This document shows, piece by piece, positions 1 to 9,926 of a stretch of 64,000 nucleotides of DNA (position 1 is its first letter; every line of letters starts with the position of its first letter). The stretch covers positions 36,862-100,861 of the forward strand of contig JAUXYP010000020.1 of assembly GCA_030694265.1 (NCBI GenBank). Reading direction: 5' to 3'. A program made the position numbers and the translations under genes. This DNA is from Sulfuricurvum sp. (GTDB lineage Bacteria > Campylobacterota > Campylobacteria > Campylobacterales > Sulfurimonadaceae). The notes under the pieces are model-generated. The model searched no databases, was not told the origin of the DNA, and saw only the letters and a program-made list of their open reading frames with translations.

Positions 1-1002
1 GTACGCGATGCACTGATCAAAAAAGGGGCGATTTTTCAAACCTTTATGGATACCGAAAATCTGATTCATTTGATTGCTAAAAGTGACCAGCTTCATTTGA
101 CAGATCGTATTATTGATGCGGTTAAAAAAATTGAGGGAGCCTATTCACTTGTTTTTCTAAGCCGCTCTAAAATGTTTGCTATGCGTGATCGCTTTGGCTT
201 CCGTCCTTTGAGCCTCGGACGCGTGGGTGATGGTTATGTTGTCGCGTCTGAAACGTGTGCATTTGATCTTATTGGTGCGGAATTTATTCGCGATGTTGAG
301 CCGGGGGAACTGCTCATCTTTGAAAAAGGGAAAGCCCCTCAATCAATCAAAGTGTATGAGCCTACTCCTAAACACTGTATTTTTGAATACGTTTATTTTG
401 CACGTCCTGATTCCAATGTGTACAACCAAAATGTTTATACTATGCGAAAAGCAATGGGTAAAGAGCTTGCACTTGCTCAGCCGGTAGAAGCAGATATGGT
501 TGTTCCAGTTCCTGATGGGGGTGTTCCTGCGGCTATTGGATATGCACAAGCAAGCGGTATCCCTTTTGAGATGGCGATAATGCGTAATCATTACATTGGC
601 CGTACGTTTATTGAACCTACTCAAGAGATGCGTGATTTGAAAGTTAAAATGAAACTTTCCCCGATTGACGATCTTATACGCGGGAAGCGATTGATTGTTG
701 TGGATGACTCTATCGTACGCGGTACCACAAGTCGCCGCATTGTACGAATGCTCAAAGAAGCAGGGGCTGCAGAAGTTCATATGCGTATCTCTAGCCCACC
801 GACAACTGACCCCTGTTTTTATGGCGTTGATACACCTGATAAAGATAAGTTGATTGCTTCTAACATGACGAATGCAGAGATTTGCGCTTTTATCGAAGCG
901 GATTCTCTGGCGTATTTGACTAACGATGCCTTGCTTCGCAGTGTTAATGCGGATGACGATAAGTATTGTACGGCGTGTTTTACCGGCAAATACATCGTTT
1001 AA
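1..1002 (+). CDS. purF: Amidophosphoribosyltransferase, C-terminal part (5' end outside window)
   Basis: Frame 1 is open from nt 1 (VRDALIKKGAIFQTF precedes the first Met), so the gene starts upstream of the window. PRPP-binding loop VVDDSIVRGTT and C-terminal CTACFTGKY cysteines are typical of PurF. Confidence 0.9.
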   Translation, partial: VRDALIKKGAIFQTFMDTENLIHLIAKSDQLHLTDRIIDAVKKIEGAYSLVFLSRSKMFAMRDRFGFRPLSLGRVGDGYVVASETCAFDLIGAEFIRDVEPGELLIFEKGKAPQSIKVYEPTPKHCIFEYVYFARPDSNVYNQNVYTMRKAMGKELALAQPVEADMVVPVPDGGVPAAIGYAQASGIPFEMAIMRNHYIGRTFIEPTQEMRDLKVKMKLSPIDDLIRGKRLIVVDDSIVRGTTSRRIVRMLKEAGAAEVHMRISSPPTTDPCFYGVDTPDKDKLIASNMTNAEICAFIEADSLAYLTNDALLRSVNADDDKYCTACFTGKYIV

Positions 1003-1011
1003 GAGCAAAAT

Positions 1012-1974
1012 ATGCGGGAACAAATTTTTACATTCGGGCAATATTTGAGTGAAAAATTTGGAACCAAAGTTTCCAAAGTTCCCGTTTCTATTTCCGGTTT
1101 CACCTGTCCTAATATTGATGGAACGGTTGCAAAGGGGGGATGTACTTTTTGTGAGAATGACTCCTTTAGCCCTAGTTTAGATAAAGTAAAGCCGCTCAAA
1201 GGTTTTTTTCTCAATTTAGATTCGCAGGAAAACCCTCATTTAGAGCAACAGCTACAACAACTCGAATGGCAATTCAATGCCCTCTCCAAAAAACTCACAT
1301 TAGAAAATGACACCCAAAAGTATTTGGTCTATTTTCAAAGTTTCACCAATACTTACGCACCATTAAGTACTCTAAAAGCTCTGTATGAAAAAGCATTAAC
1401 GTTTGATAATGTGGTTGGATTGAGTATAGGAACACGTTCTGATAGCATCGGTGATGAGACATTTAAATATTTAGGTGAACTTTCAAAAAGAACGGAGATA
1501 TGGATAGAGTTTGGTATTCAATCAATTTTTGATGAGACGCTTGTTAAGATCAATCGTGGGCATGACAGCCAAAATGTTAAAGCTGCGATTGTAAAAGCAA
1601 AAGAGCATGGACTAAATGTATGTGGTCATCTTATATTCGGTCTTCCTGGTGAAAACAGAGAGATGATGCTACAAACAGCATATGCTGCATATGACTTGGG
1701 GATTGATTCTGTGAAATACCATCCGTTATACGTTGTAAAACGGACGGCTTTGGCTAATGAATATGCAAGGGGGGAGTTTACCCCTATTAGTGAAGAGCTT
1801 TATTTGGATGTTCTGAGTGAAGCGCTTAAGGCAAAACCACCGCATGTAAGCGTACAGCGTATTACTGCCGGAATTGACGATGAATCTTTAATAGCACCCC
1901 AGTGGTGCAGAGATAAAAACAAACAAGTGAGAGTGATTAATCAAGCGCTCAAAGCTATAGGGCTCAAATATTAG
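1012..1974 (+). CDS. Radical SAM protein, TIGR01212/YhcC-like family
   Basis: 320-aa ORF with N-terminal Cys cluster CPNIDGTVAKGGCTFC and a TIM-barrel-like radical SAM core (GTRSD, WIEFGIQS). Confidence 0.75.
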   Translation: MREQIFTFGQYLSEKFGTKVSKVPVSISGFTCPNIDGTVAKGGCTFCENDSFSPSLDKVKPLKGFFLNLDSQENPHLEQQLQQLEWQFNALSKKLTLENDTQKYLVYFQSFTNTYAPLSTLKALYEKALTFDNVVGLSIGTRSDSIGDETFKYLGELSKRTEIWIEFGIQSIFDETLVKINRGHDSQNVKAAIVKAKEHGLNVCGHLIFGLPGENREMMLQTAYAAYDLGIDSVKYHPLYVVKRTALANEYARGEFTPISEELYLDVLSEALKAKPPHVSVQRITAGIDDESLIAPQWCRDKNKQVRVINQALKAIGLKY

Positions 1975-2540
1975 TGTACGATGATCCGCTCTTTACTAGT
2001 GTAGCCTTGAAAGAATGGGGGGTAGTTTATGGATACCGCAAACTGTTTCCCTTCCCTCGCTTTTAATTCCTTTGCCACTGTTTTACGAATAGTATAAGAG
2101 GTTGGTTTTATTTCACTGTTTTTGTATCCAAACAGTTTACGTATATCTGCATCGTTATAAAAGTCATTAAATGCGGTCGATTCATACGATGCGCGGCCCT
2201 GCTTTTTTAATCCTTTATCAAAGATTTCAATTTCAATCTCGACTTGACCAACATCATAATTACCGGCATTACGCACAGTACCAGTGTAAATGATAGATTC
2301 TGTTGAGAGAAAACGGTGATTCTTTACATTCACCAAAAGGACCTGTTTTGTATATCCATTTATACCTATAATGGTAAAAATAAGAAGCAATAATGCAATA
2401 ACGCTGTACGTAGCAATAAAAGACCCTTTTTGTGAGATATCTTTTTGCTTAAGGGTATATATGATTGCCAAAGTTAGGATAGCAGAGATGAGTATAAAAT
2501 CTAAGTAGTGCCAAATTGTAAAAGAAGTACTCATCTGCAT
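1971..2540 (-). CDS. Membrane protein of unknown function (2 TM helices plus soluble domain)
   Basis: 189-aa ORF with two hydrophobic helices. It overlaps the upstream paralog by 10 nt and is the last gene of the ilvE-SPFH-hisIE operon on the minus strand. Confidence 0.6.
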   Translation of the reverse strand: MQMSTSFTIWHYLDFILISAILTLAIIYTLKQKDISQKGSFIATYSVIALLLLIFTIIGINGYTKQVLLVNVKNHRFLSTESIIYTGTVRNAGNYDVGQVEIEIEIFDKGLKKQGRASYESTAFNDFYNDADIRKLFGYKNSEIKPTSYTIRKTVAKELKAREGKQFAVSINYPPFFQGYTSKERIIVH

Positions 2541-3046
2541 TGTCCTAAGACCGTAACGCTGTGGCGTTTGGTGTAATGAAAAGGTTGAATAAGAATTTTG
2601 AATGTTTCGGAGCCTTGAGGTGCGATAGGTCCGTTGATAATAATAGTTTGTCGGCGAAATGGGAAATAGCGGTAGAGCTTGTTAAGAGGTTTTATGGGAG
2701 AAATCTTGGACACACCTACATGCAAGGTACATTCTTTGAATGTTTCTTTGGAGGTATTGCTAATATCCCCTTTGATCAACAGTGCTTTGGTAAATTCAAG
2801 ATCTTTGACGGTTGTGAGATTAATAGAATGTTTATACATAAGTGCATGCAACGCTATATAGCCGCCTACAGGTGCAATTAACAAAGTGATAAGAGCCAAT
2901 ACAACAAGAATGAGTGCAAGAGTTTGCTTATGTCGTAAAAGTATTGATAATACAAGCAAGAATAAGAAGAAAAATATGATTCCTCCAAATAGGAGATAAT
3001 CATAAAGATTTAACGTATGCAAAAAGTCGATGATTTGTGTTTTCAT
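2531..3046 (-). CDS. Membrane protein of unknown function, paralog of 1971-2540
   Basis: 171-aa ORF with two TM helices followed by a domain that aligns weakly with the neighbour (L..VK..F....G.i.N pattern). Its start overlaps the hisIE stop by 4 nt. Confidence 0.6.
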   Translation of the reverse strand: MKTQIIDFLHTLNLYDYLLFGGIIFFFLFLLVLSILLRHKQTLALILVVLALITLLIAPVGGYIALHALMYKHSINLTTVKDLEFTKALLIKGDISNTSKETFKECTLHVGVSKISPIKPLNKLYRYFPFRRQTIIINGPIAPQGSETFKILIQPFHYTKRHSVTVLGQCR

Positions 3047-3717
3047 TTTGTCCTAGCGTTCTTCTCCGCAATACCGCTCATACCGAATCGGCGAACGAGC
3101 TCTTGTTTAATGCGATCAGGAGAAATATTTTTGTGTCCCAATGCAACGAGGACATGGTAGACTAAATCGGCACATTCATAAATTATTTCATCTTCGTCGT
3201 TGTCTTTAACCGCAAATGAAAATTCACCTGCTTCTTCAACCACTTTTTTCAAAATGGCATTATCCCCTTTGCTCAAAAGCTTCGCTGTCCACGAGGTATC
3301 AGGGTCGGCATTTTTGCGTGAAAGGATCGTATGATACAGCTCATCAATAATTCCATAGGTGCTGACCGTGTCGATTTGAGGAATACTGATGGTTTCCCCC
3401 GATTCGATGTCAGTAAAAAAGCACGATTTACGTCCCGTGTGACATGCTACCCCTTCTTGGCGTACCATGATGAGCAGGGTATCGTTATCGCAATCGAGTA
3501 AAAAGCGCTCTATGTGCTGGAGATGACCGCTACTCTCTCCCTTTTTCCATAGCCGTTGCTTAGAGCGTGAGAAATAATGGGCAATGTGCGTAGAGAGGGA
3601 AAGCTCTAGCGCTTCACGGTTCATGTACGCCATCATGAGCACTTCAAGGGTAGTTGAGTCTTGGACGATGACAGGGAGAAGCTCGGACTTTGCCCAGTCG
3701 ATTTGAGTTGGATTCAT
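3043..3717 (-). CDS. hisIE: Bifunctional phosphoribosyl-AMP cyclohydrolase / phosphoribosyl-ATP pyrophosphatase
   Basis: 224-aa ORF. The N-terminal HisI part has LWKKGESSGH..DCD.D and C..G..SCF. The C-terminal HisE part has EEAGE and ECADLVYH. Confidence 0.9.
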   Translation of the reverse strand: MNPTQIDWAKSELLPVIVQDSTTLEVLMMAYMNREALELSLSTHIAHYFSRSKQRLWKKGESSGHLQHIERFLLDCDNDTLLIMVRQEGVACHTGRKSCFFTDIESGETISIPQIDTVSTYGIIDELYHTILSRKNADPDTSWTAKLLSKGDNAILKKVVEEAGEFSFAVKDNDEDEIIYECADLVYHVLVALGHKNISPDRIKQELVRRFGMSGIAEKNARTK

Positions 3718-3720
3718 GGA

Positions 3721-4761
3721 TTATTTACCCATTGAACTTATTTTTTGACTGTCACCGCTCTTGGTATCGAGCCAGATATTAGGTGTTGATCCTCCAGGGG
3801 TGAGAAAAATCTTTGCGTCTTTGTTTTCTTTGAGTGCTTCGTTAAATTTACCCTGTACTTTGATTTGCTCTAGTTTGAGCAATCCAGGACTTAGTGATGC
3901 TCCTACGAGATGATTCGCTTTTGCCTGAGCCTGGGCTTCAATAGTCAGGGCATTTGCTGTCCCTTGTGCTTCGGTCTCTTTTTTAAATGCTTCTTGTTTC
4001 GCACGCTCAACGTCTTGTTGTGCTTTTTCAACTTCTTGCTTTGCGACTTGTACACGCTCGATTTGATCTTTTACTTTTTGTGGAAGACCGATTTCACGTA
4101 ATTGGATCGACTCAAGATTGGCAGGACCATTTTTTTGACGATTGATATTGCTGCGAATGCCTGCTTCTATTTTTAAAGCGATAGCATTGCGCATAATAGG
4201 TAATGTTTCGGCATCGTACTGACCAATTACATTACGAACAACATCACGCGCAACAGGGTCAATAATCTTATCTTCCCAGCTAAAACCCCAATTGGAAATT
4301 GTTTGAGCCGCCAGCTCAGCATTTAGACGATACTGGACTGTCATATCGATCGATACGGGTAATCCACGTTTATCTAGAACGGTGATGGCAGGCTTGAGCA
4401 AGATACCGTCGCCTGTGGTAGAGGCACGATCAACTTTATCCGCGTAATTGATAATTCGAACTTTTGTATCTACTAAATAAATTTTTTGAAATCCTGGAAC
4501 CAAAAAATGCAAACCGGGCATGAGGGCACGCTCTTCGTATTTCCCATTGGTAGAGAGAATTCCACGTTCACCTTCGGTGATAATAACGAATGGTTTTGCT
4601 AAAATGAGCAATAAAACGATTCCTCCGATGAGCCAAAATGTTCCGGCCTTCTGGCTGTTCATGTTGAAATCAAATTTCGGCATTTTTGGTCCCTGAGAGT
4701 CACTCTTTTTTTGATTCTCATTTTTTTTCTTTTGAAAATAGTCGTTCATATCACTTGCCAT
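3721..4761 (-). CDS. SPFH/band-7 (prohibitin/HflC-like) membrane protein
   Basis: 346-aa ORF with a basic N-terminus, one TM helix, an SPFH core and a C-terminal coiled coil (VQVAKQEVEKAQQDVERAKQEAFKKETEAQ). AAAGG RBS upstream. Confidence 0.8.
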   Translation of the reverse strand: MASDMNDYFQKKKNENQKKSDSQGPKMPKFDFNMNSQKAGTFWLIGGIVLLLILAKPFVIITEGERGILSTNGKYEERALMPGLHFLVPGFQKIYLVDTKVRIINYADKVDRASTTGDGILLKPAITVLDKRGLPVSIDMTVQYRLNAELAAQTISNWGFSWEDKIIDPVARDVVRNVIGQYDAETLPIMRNAIALKIEAGIRSNINRQKNGPANLESIQLREIGLPQKVKDQIERVQVAKQEVEKAQQDVERAKQEAFKKETEAQGTANALTIEAQAQAKANHLVGASLSPGLLKLEQIKVQGKFNEALKENKDAKIFLTPGGSTPNIWLDTKSGDSQKISSMGK

Positions 4762-4770
4762 AGGGTACCT

Positions 4771-5691
4771 TTAGTTGATGTAGGTTAAATAGTGATCGTA
4801 GTGGGGATTACGTCCGTATACGATATCAAAATAGGCACTTTGTATTTTTTCAGTCACAGGGCCGCGTCCGCCAGCCCCCAAGATACGGGCATCAACATCG
4901 CGAACAGGTGTGATTTCAGCAGCAGTACCTGTTAGGAAAGCTTCATCTGCGGTGTAAATCTCTTCGCGGCTGATGCGACGACGTATGACTTTCATCCCCA
5001 TGTTTGTGGCCATTTCAATAACGGTTTTTTGGGTGATAGAGGCGAGTGAATTGTCATTTGGCGGAGTGATTAGTTCACCGTCTTTGATCATGAAAAAAGA
5101 GGCTCCGCTAGCTTCAGCAACATAGCCTTCATCATCCAATAAAAGCGCTTCGTCATAGCCTGCTTCAACCGCTTCAAATTTCGCCATTTGTGAGTTGAGA
5201 TAATTGCCAACGGCTTTCGCTTTACCCATATTCGATTTGTTATTTGGACGGCTGAACGAAGAAATTTTGAGACGAATACCGCGTTTCATCCCCTCTTCAC
5301 CCAAGTATGCACCCCATTCCCATGCAGCAACGGAAACTTCAACGGGGGCTTCTTTATGGTAAACACCCATAACCCCATAGCCTAAATAAACAATAGGGCG
5401 GAGATAAACGTTTTCACCTGTAAAATCATTAGCACGTAGCAGTTCTATTTGCGCTTTGTTGAGTTCTTCAACCGTATACGGAACGGTAATAAGTGTCATT
5501 TTAGCCGATTCGATCAGTCTTTTGGTATGATCATTAAGACGAAAAATAGCATAACCTTTTGCCGTTTTATAAGCTTTTGTTCCTTCGATTGCACCGTTTC
5601 CATAGTGAAGGGTGTGAGATAGGACGTGAATCTTTGCGTCATTCCAAGGGACTAATTTTCCGTTCATCCAAATAAATTTGGCTTCATTCAT
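4771..5691 (-). CDS. ilvE: Branched-chain amino acid aminotransferase
   Basis: Class IV aminotransferase sequence (GNGAIEGTKAY, YLRP, GEEG, AKA.GNY). Start chosen at MNEAKF because a GGAG lies 8-9 nt upstream. The ORF-track start at 5730 adds 13 residues with no family resemblance. Confidence 0.88.
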   Translation of the reverse strand: MNEAKFIWMNGKLVPWNDAKIHVLSHTLHYGNGAIEGTKAYKTAKGYAIFRLNDHTKRLIESAKMTLITVPYTVEELNKAQIELLRANDFTGENVYLRPIVYLGYGVMGVYHKEAPVEVSVAAWEWGAYLGEEGMKRGIRLKISSFSRPNNKSNMGKAKAVGNYLNSQMAKFEAVEAGYDEALLLDDEGYVAEASGASFFMIKDGELITPPNDNSLASITQKTVIEMATNMGMKVIRRRISREEIYTADEAFLTGTAAEITPVRDVDARILGAGGRGPVTEKIQSAYFDIVYGRNPHYDHYLTYIN

Positions 5692-5774
5692 AGGGGGCTT
5701 CTCCATAGAAAATAATATTAAAGTAAACAATTCTAGCGCAGATGGTATTTAACATTGATTAAGGAGATATTGAC

Positions 5775-5791
5775 TCCCTACATAGTAGGGA
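5775..5791 (-). terminator. Weak hairpin downstream of the globin gene
   Basis: TCCCTAC-ATA-GTAGGGA, 7-bp stem. There is no strong U-tract on the minus strand. Confidence 0.3.
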
Positions 5792-5804
5792 TATTAAAGA
5801 AGGT

Positions 5805-6251
5805 TTAGAAAGTGGGCGTGTTAACCATCCATAAAGAGAAAACATCCAAGTAATTCCAAAAAGATTGAATATATTCGGGATTGATTCCTTCTTCTACTAG
5901 AGCCGGAAGAAGCACTGCATAAAACTCCAACCAACGGCGTCGGGCTACTGCATCTATGCGAAACGGTGCATGCCGACCTACCATTCTAGGTTCACCGCGA
6001 GATTGATTGAAATACGCAGGCCCACCGCAAATCTGGATTAAGAAATCGGCGGCATGTTTTTTTGCTGCTTCAAAATCTTCTTCGTCATTGATTGGAAATA
6101 AAAACGAGATATCGCTGGTACGGATCATCTCATAGTGGTCATTGACAAGTTTACGCATCCGCTCCTCGCCAACTTCAAATAAAAACCCCGGATGAGGTTT
6201 CGTAACTGGAGGACGTTCGCCCAATGTACCTTCGGTAATTGTTAAATTCAT
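5805..6251 (-). CDS. Truncated-hemoglobin-like (bacterial globin family) protein
   Basis: 148-aa ORF with GGP.Y......M...H..F.I......WL pattern (ICGGPAYFNQSRGEPRMVGRHAPFRIDAVARRRWLEF), typical of 2-on-2 globins. AGGA RBS upstream. Confidence 0.65.
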   Translation of the reverse strand: MNLTITEGTLGERPPVTKPHPGFLFEVGEERMRKLVNDHYEMIRTSDISFLFPINDEEDFEAAKKHAADFLIQICGGPAYFNQSRGEPRMVGRHAPFRIDAVARRRWLEFYAVLLPALVEEGINPEYIQSFWNYLDVFSLWMVNTPTF

Positions 6252-6343
6252 GTGGGTATCCTACTAATAATTTAAAAGCATTCTACCTCTTTTTAGGTGA
6301 TGATTTGTATAATTGAAACATAATTTACTTTAGAGGTTGGCTT

Positions 6344-7759
6344 ATGGATGCGCATGTATGGATGGGATCGCTTGAAGTTAAAACGGAAAAATATTCACAG
6401 CGTTTAAGCCCGTATGATGGAAGGATTGCATCCCGTGCGAGTATTTGCAATGCAAGTGATGCGCAACAAGCCCTTGTTATCGCTCAAAATGCAGCAAAAA
6501 TTGCCAAAAAAATTCCATTACATCAACGATGCGCATGGTTGCTTGATGTAGCCTCCAAGCTAAAAGTTCAGCGGGAAGAATTTGCAAAAGTATTGTGCGA
6601 TGAAGTAGGAAAACCACTCACTTATGCGCGGATCGAAGTGGATCGCTGCATAGAGACCATTACTCTTTCAGCGGAAACGATGCGAACAATGCATGGGGAG
6701 ACGATCAATACCGATGCCATGCCAAGCGGACGCAAGGCCCTCTCCTTTTGGCGCCGTGAACCATGTGGAGTTGTTGTTGCAATAACCCCTTTTAATTTCC
6801 CTCTCAACCTTGTTGCGCATAAATTGGCTCCTGCGTTGGTTGCCGGAAATGCCGTCGTGTTAAAGCCAACACCTGAAGCACCTCTTTGCGCGTATAAGCT
6901 TGCAAAACTCTTTATTGAAAGCCCATATGCCATTACTGATGCGTTAAGTGTCGTATATGGAGATGCTGAGGTAGGAAGTGCTCTTGTTAGCAGTGATATT
7001 CCCAGAGTGATCAGTTTTACCGGTTCGGTTCCGGTTGGTGCAATTATCACGAAAAGTGCCGGTATCAAAAAAGTGAGTTTAGAGCTTGGGGGAAATGCGG
7101 CAACCTATATAGATACATCAGCTGATCTCGAGTATGCGGCGCAGCGTTGCGCAATTGGTGCTTTTGCAAATTCTGGACAAGTGTGTATCTCGCTTCAGCG
7201 TATTTATGTAAATGCTGAAATCTACAATGAATTTGCAGCAAAAATGGCAGGGGAAACGGCAAAGTTAATCGTTGGATCTCCTTACGATGAGGCGACTTTT
7301 TTAGGACCGCTTATTGATGATGATGCGGTTAGCAGAGCAATGAACTGGGTACAAAGTGCTATTGATGAAGGCGCTCGCGCTTTAACACCTCCGCGCAGTG
7401 AGGGACGATTGTTTTATCCATGCGTGATGGCGGATGTGACAGAATCAATGAAAATTGTGTGCGAAGAGGTATTTGCTCCAATCGTCAGTTTGGTCAAAGT
7501 GGATACCTTAGATGAAGCGATTGAAAAAATGAATAACTCACCGTATGGATTGCAGTTTTCGATCTTTACCAATAACTTGACACATGCAAATCAGGCCATT
7601 GAAGAACTGGATGCCGGCGGTATAGTGATCAACGATATGCCGACACTTCGTTTTGATATTCAGCCTTATGGCGGTGTTAAACTTAGCGGCGTAGGCCGTG
7701 AGGGGCCTCGTTTTGCTATTGAGGAAATGACGGAAATCAAGTCAATCGTAATTTTATAA
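6344..7759 (+). CDS. NAD(P)-dependent aldehyde dehydrogenase family protein
   Basis: 471-aa ORF with catalytic Glu motif LELGGNA, catalytic Cys motif NSGQVCIS, and FTGS and EEVFAP motifs. Confidence 0.85.
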   Translation: MDAHVWMGSLEVKTEKYSQRLSPYDGRIASRASICNASDAQQALVIAQNAAKIAKKIPLHQRCAWLLDVASKLKVQREEFAKVLCDEVGKPLTYARIEVDRCIETITLSAETMRTMHGETINTDAMPSGRKALSFWRREPCGVVVAITPFNFPLNLVAHKLAPALVAGNAVVLKPTPEAPLCAYKLAKLFIESPYAITDALSVVYGDAEVGSALVSSDIPRVISFTGSVPVGAIITKSAGIKKVSLELGGNAATYIDTSADLEYAAQRCAIGAFANSGQVCISLQRIYVNAEIYNEFAAKMAGETAKLIVGSPYDEATFLGPLIDDDAVSRAMNWVQSAIDEGARALTPPRSEGRLFYPCVMADVTESMKIVCEEVFAPIVSLVKVDTLDEAIEKMNNSPYGLQFSIFTNNLTHANQAIEELDAGGIVINDMPTLRFDIQPYGGVKLSGVGREGPRFAIEEMTEIKSIVIL

Positions 7760-7772
7760 AAAGGTATTAATA

Positions 7773-8240
7773 ATGTTAGAACTAGAAAGTATAGCTCCCG
7801 ATTTTTGTTTGAGTAATCAGGATGATGTGGAGATTTGTTTGCGCGATTTGCGCGGGAAATGGATTGTGTTGTATTTTTATCCCAAAGATTCAACCCCGGG
7901 ATGTACGACAGAAGCGTGTGAGTTTACAGCCGAACAGGATGTGTATGATGATATGGGAGCGATTATATTAGGGGTGAGTGCAGACAGTACAAAAGCGCAT
8001 CGTAACTTCATTGAGAAACAAAATCTAGGAATTACATTGCTCAGTGATCCGACAACGCAAATGATGCAAGCGTATGGCGTATGGGCTATGAAAAAGAATT
8101 ATGGTAAAGAGTACATGGGAATTGTCCGTTCAACATACATCATAAATCCAAAAGGGATTGTGAAAGCGGTATGGACAAATGTCAAAGTAAAAGATCATGT
8201 GGCTAAGGTAAAAGAAGAGTTAGAGAAATTGCAGGGATAA
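7773..8240 (+). CDS. bcp: Thioredoxin-dependent peroxiredoxin Bcp
   Basis: 155-aa ORF with YFYPKDSTPGCTTEACEF peroxidatic Cys motif. Confidence 0.9.
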   Translation: MLELESIAPDFCLSNQDDVEICLRDLRGKWIVLYFYPKDSTPGCTTEACEFTAEQDVYDDMGAIILGVSADSTKAHRNFIEKQNLGITLLSDPTTQMMQAYGVWAMKKNYGKEYMGIVRSTYIINPKGIVKAVWTNVKVKDHVAKVKEELEKLQG

Positions 8241-8254
8241 TACAAAGCCGTTCA

Positions 8255-8280
8255 CCCTTCGACAAGCTCAGGGCGAAGGG
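8255..8280. terminator. Bidirectional hairpin between convergent bcp and the outer membrane protein gene
   Basis: CCCTTCG-N12-CGAAGGG, flanked by an A-run on the plus strand. Confidence 0.5.
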
Positions 8281-8293
8281 AAAAGCAGATAGA

Positions 8294-9877
8294 TTAAAAT
8301 TTATAACGAATATAAGCGCGGATGTCTTGCGCGTGATCGACAACATTTGCACCTACACCATTAGCTCTGGCTTCATCCATGCTCATTGGTGTACCTGAAG
8401 TACTTCCAAAGAATCCATTACTTCCGCTGTAATCGTAGTCGATGTATGTGTAGCGAAGCTGGAAGGTCAAAATATCATCAACCAATGGTTCTGTGAAATA
8501 AAGCTCATACGCATTACCGCGTGTTGCAATTTTAGAGCCGATTAGCGTATCTTCGCCATACGTAATTGGACGCCAGTAATTCGAACCGTGGTTAAATTCA
8601 GCGCCCCATCGTCCTTCGTCACTGATAAGAGATGGGAATTGGGTTCCGATCCAGTAGCTGTAACCGGTTTTACTATCAAGGGAACCTAACATCCCTTGTT
8701 TTCCTGTTCCATGGTAGGGGTCTGTTTTAGACATCGCACCGCTTACAAAGATTAATGAGTCGTCCAAAAAGTCACTCCAGCCATCACCTATACCATTTAC
8801 CATTGCAAAGGCAGTTGCCGTATGTAGTCCGCCAACGGTTTCCATTACGGCGCCTACAGGATTTGTCTGATTATTATCAATTAAATTGTTTGCATAGGTG
8901 TACTGCATTCCGGCTGAGAATTGTTTATCGTCATAAGGCACAATTATGATTCCGACCATATCAATATTATTTGTTTTAGCAGAGCCATCGCCTGCATAAG
9001 GAGTTCCTGTGTTAAATCGTGGTTCCGCTTCACTCATTCCTCGACCGGCACAGAGTTTGAAATATGATCCGGCTAATCCAGTAACTTCTTCCATCCCGAA
9101 TTTTGCACTGGCACCGTCAAATTCAACATTAACGGTATGTGCCAATGGTGATGATGCTTGATCATTCTCACGTAGATTAATCAGATGCCCTACAGTAGAT
9201 GGACGGCGACCAACACTGATCGTCCATGGGATATCCGTTCCTAAAAACTCATCATCTTGGTAAAAGAAATAAGCTGATCTAACACGGAGAGTATCATCAT
9301 AAGCACTTTCTCCGCTAACCCAATCAAATCCATCTGTTGTAGAAGGTGCAGTTGTAACTGCCCGTTGGCCAAAAATTTTGTTATAGGCGAGCTGACCTGT
9401 GAAGCTAAGATGCTTTGTAGCAGCATAGTTCATCCCTAGCCACAAGCGATTGCTAAAAAGAGCATCATTGGTTTGTTTGCTTCCATCCGCCATTTTATAT
9501 TGAATATTATCAACACTTGTACGGAAATCAACATCCCATTTGATGGCGTTCCCATTCGTTCTTTTGTTGAGAGTGCTTAGTTGATCGTGAATTTCCTCAA
9601 GCTGTTCAGGAACACTTTTTTCCTCATCATCTTTTTCCACAGCGACTTTAACTTTTCCAGCAGTTGCTTTTACTGGTTTTTCATCATCATCTTCAACGAC
9701 TACTTTTTTCGCAGCCACCGGTGCTGTTTTTTCGGCTTTCATACTTGCTAGTTCAGCTTTGAGAGCGTTCATCTCTTTTTCCATAGCTTCAAACCGCTGT
9801 AACATTGTACCTTCGGCCATAACCGTGGTTGACATAAGAGCCGCTGCGACAACGGAACCTAAAAATCGGTGCTTCAT
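8294..9877 (-). CDS. Putative outer membrane beta-barrel protein with N-terminal coiled coil and charged linker
   Basis: 527-aa ORF with signal peptide (MKHRFLGSVVAAALMSTTVMA), coiled coil (FEAMEKEMNALKAELASMKAEK), K/E/D-rich linker, alternating beta-strand pattern and C-terminal YIRYKF. AAGGAG RBS upstream. Confidence 0.6.
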   Translation of the reverse strand: MKHRFLGSVVAAALMSTTVMAEGTMLQRFEAMEKEMNALKAELASMKAEKTAPVAAKKVVVEDDDEKPVKATAGKVKVAVEKDDEEKSVPEQLEEIHDQLSTLNKRTNGNAIKWDVDFRTSVDNIQYKMADGSKQTNDALFSNRLWLGMNYAATKHLSFTGQLAYNKIFGQRAVTTAPSTTDGFDWVSGESAYDDTLRVRSAYFFYQDDEFLGTDIPWTISVGRRPSTVGHLINLRENDQASSPLAHTVNVEFDGASAKFGMEEVTGLAGSYFKLCAGRGMSEAEPRFNTGTPYAGDGSAKTNNIDMVGIIIVPYDDKQFSAGMQYTYANNLIDNNQTNPVGAVMETVGGLHTATAFAMVNGIGDGWSDFLDDSLIFVSGAMSKTDPYHGTGKQGMLGSLDSKTGYSYWIGTQFPSLISDEGRWGAEFNHGSNYWRPITYGEDTLIGSKIATRGNAYELYFTEPLVDDILTFQLRYTYIDYDYSGSNGFFGSTSGTPMSMDEARANGVGANVVDHAQDIRAYIRYKF

Positions 9878-9926
9878 TCTAACTCCTTAAAATTTTCAAT
9901 ATTTATGTAATAAGCTTACTATTGTC

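Noticed and set aside
343-1041. 232-aa ORF antisense to purF
   Set aside because: It lies entirely inside the well-supported purF frame on the opposite strand, has a low-complexity composition and no recognisable motifs. It is a typical shadow ORF.
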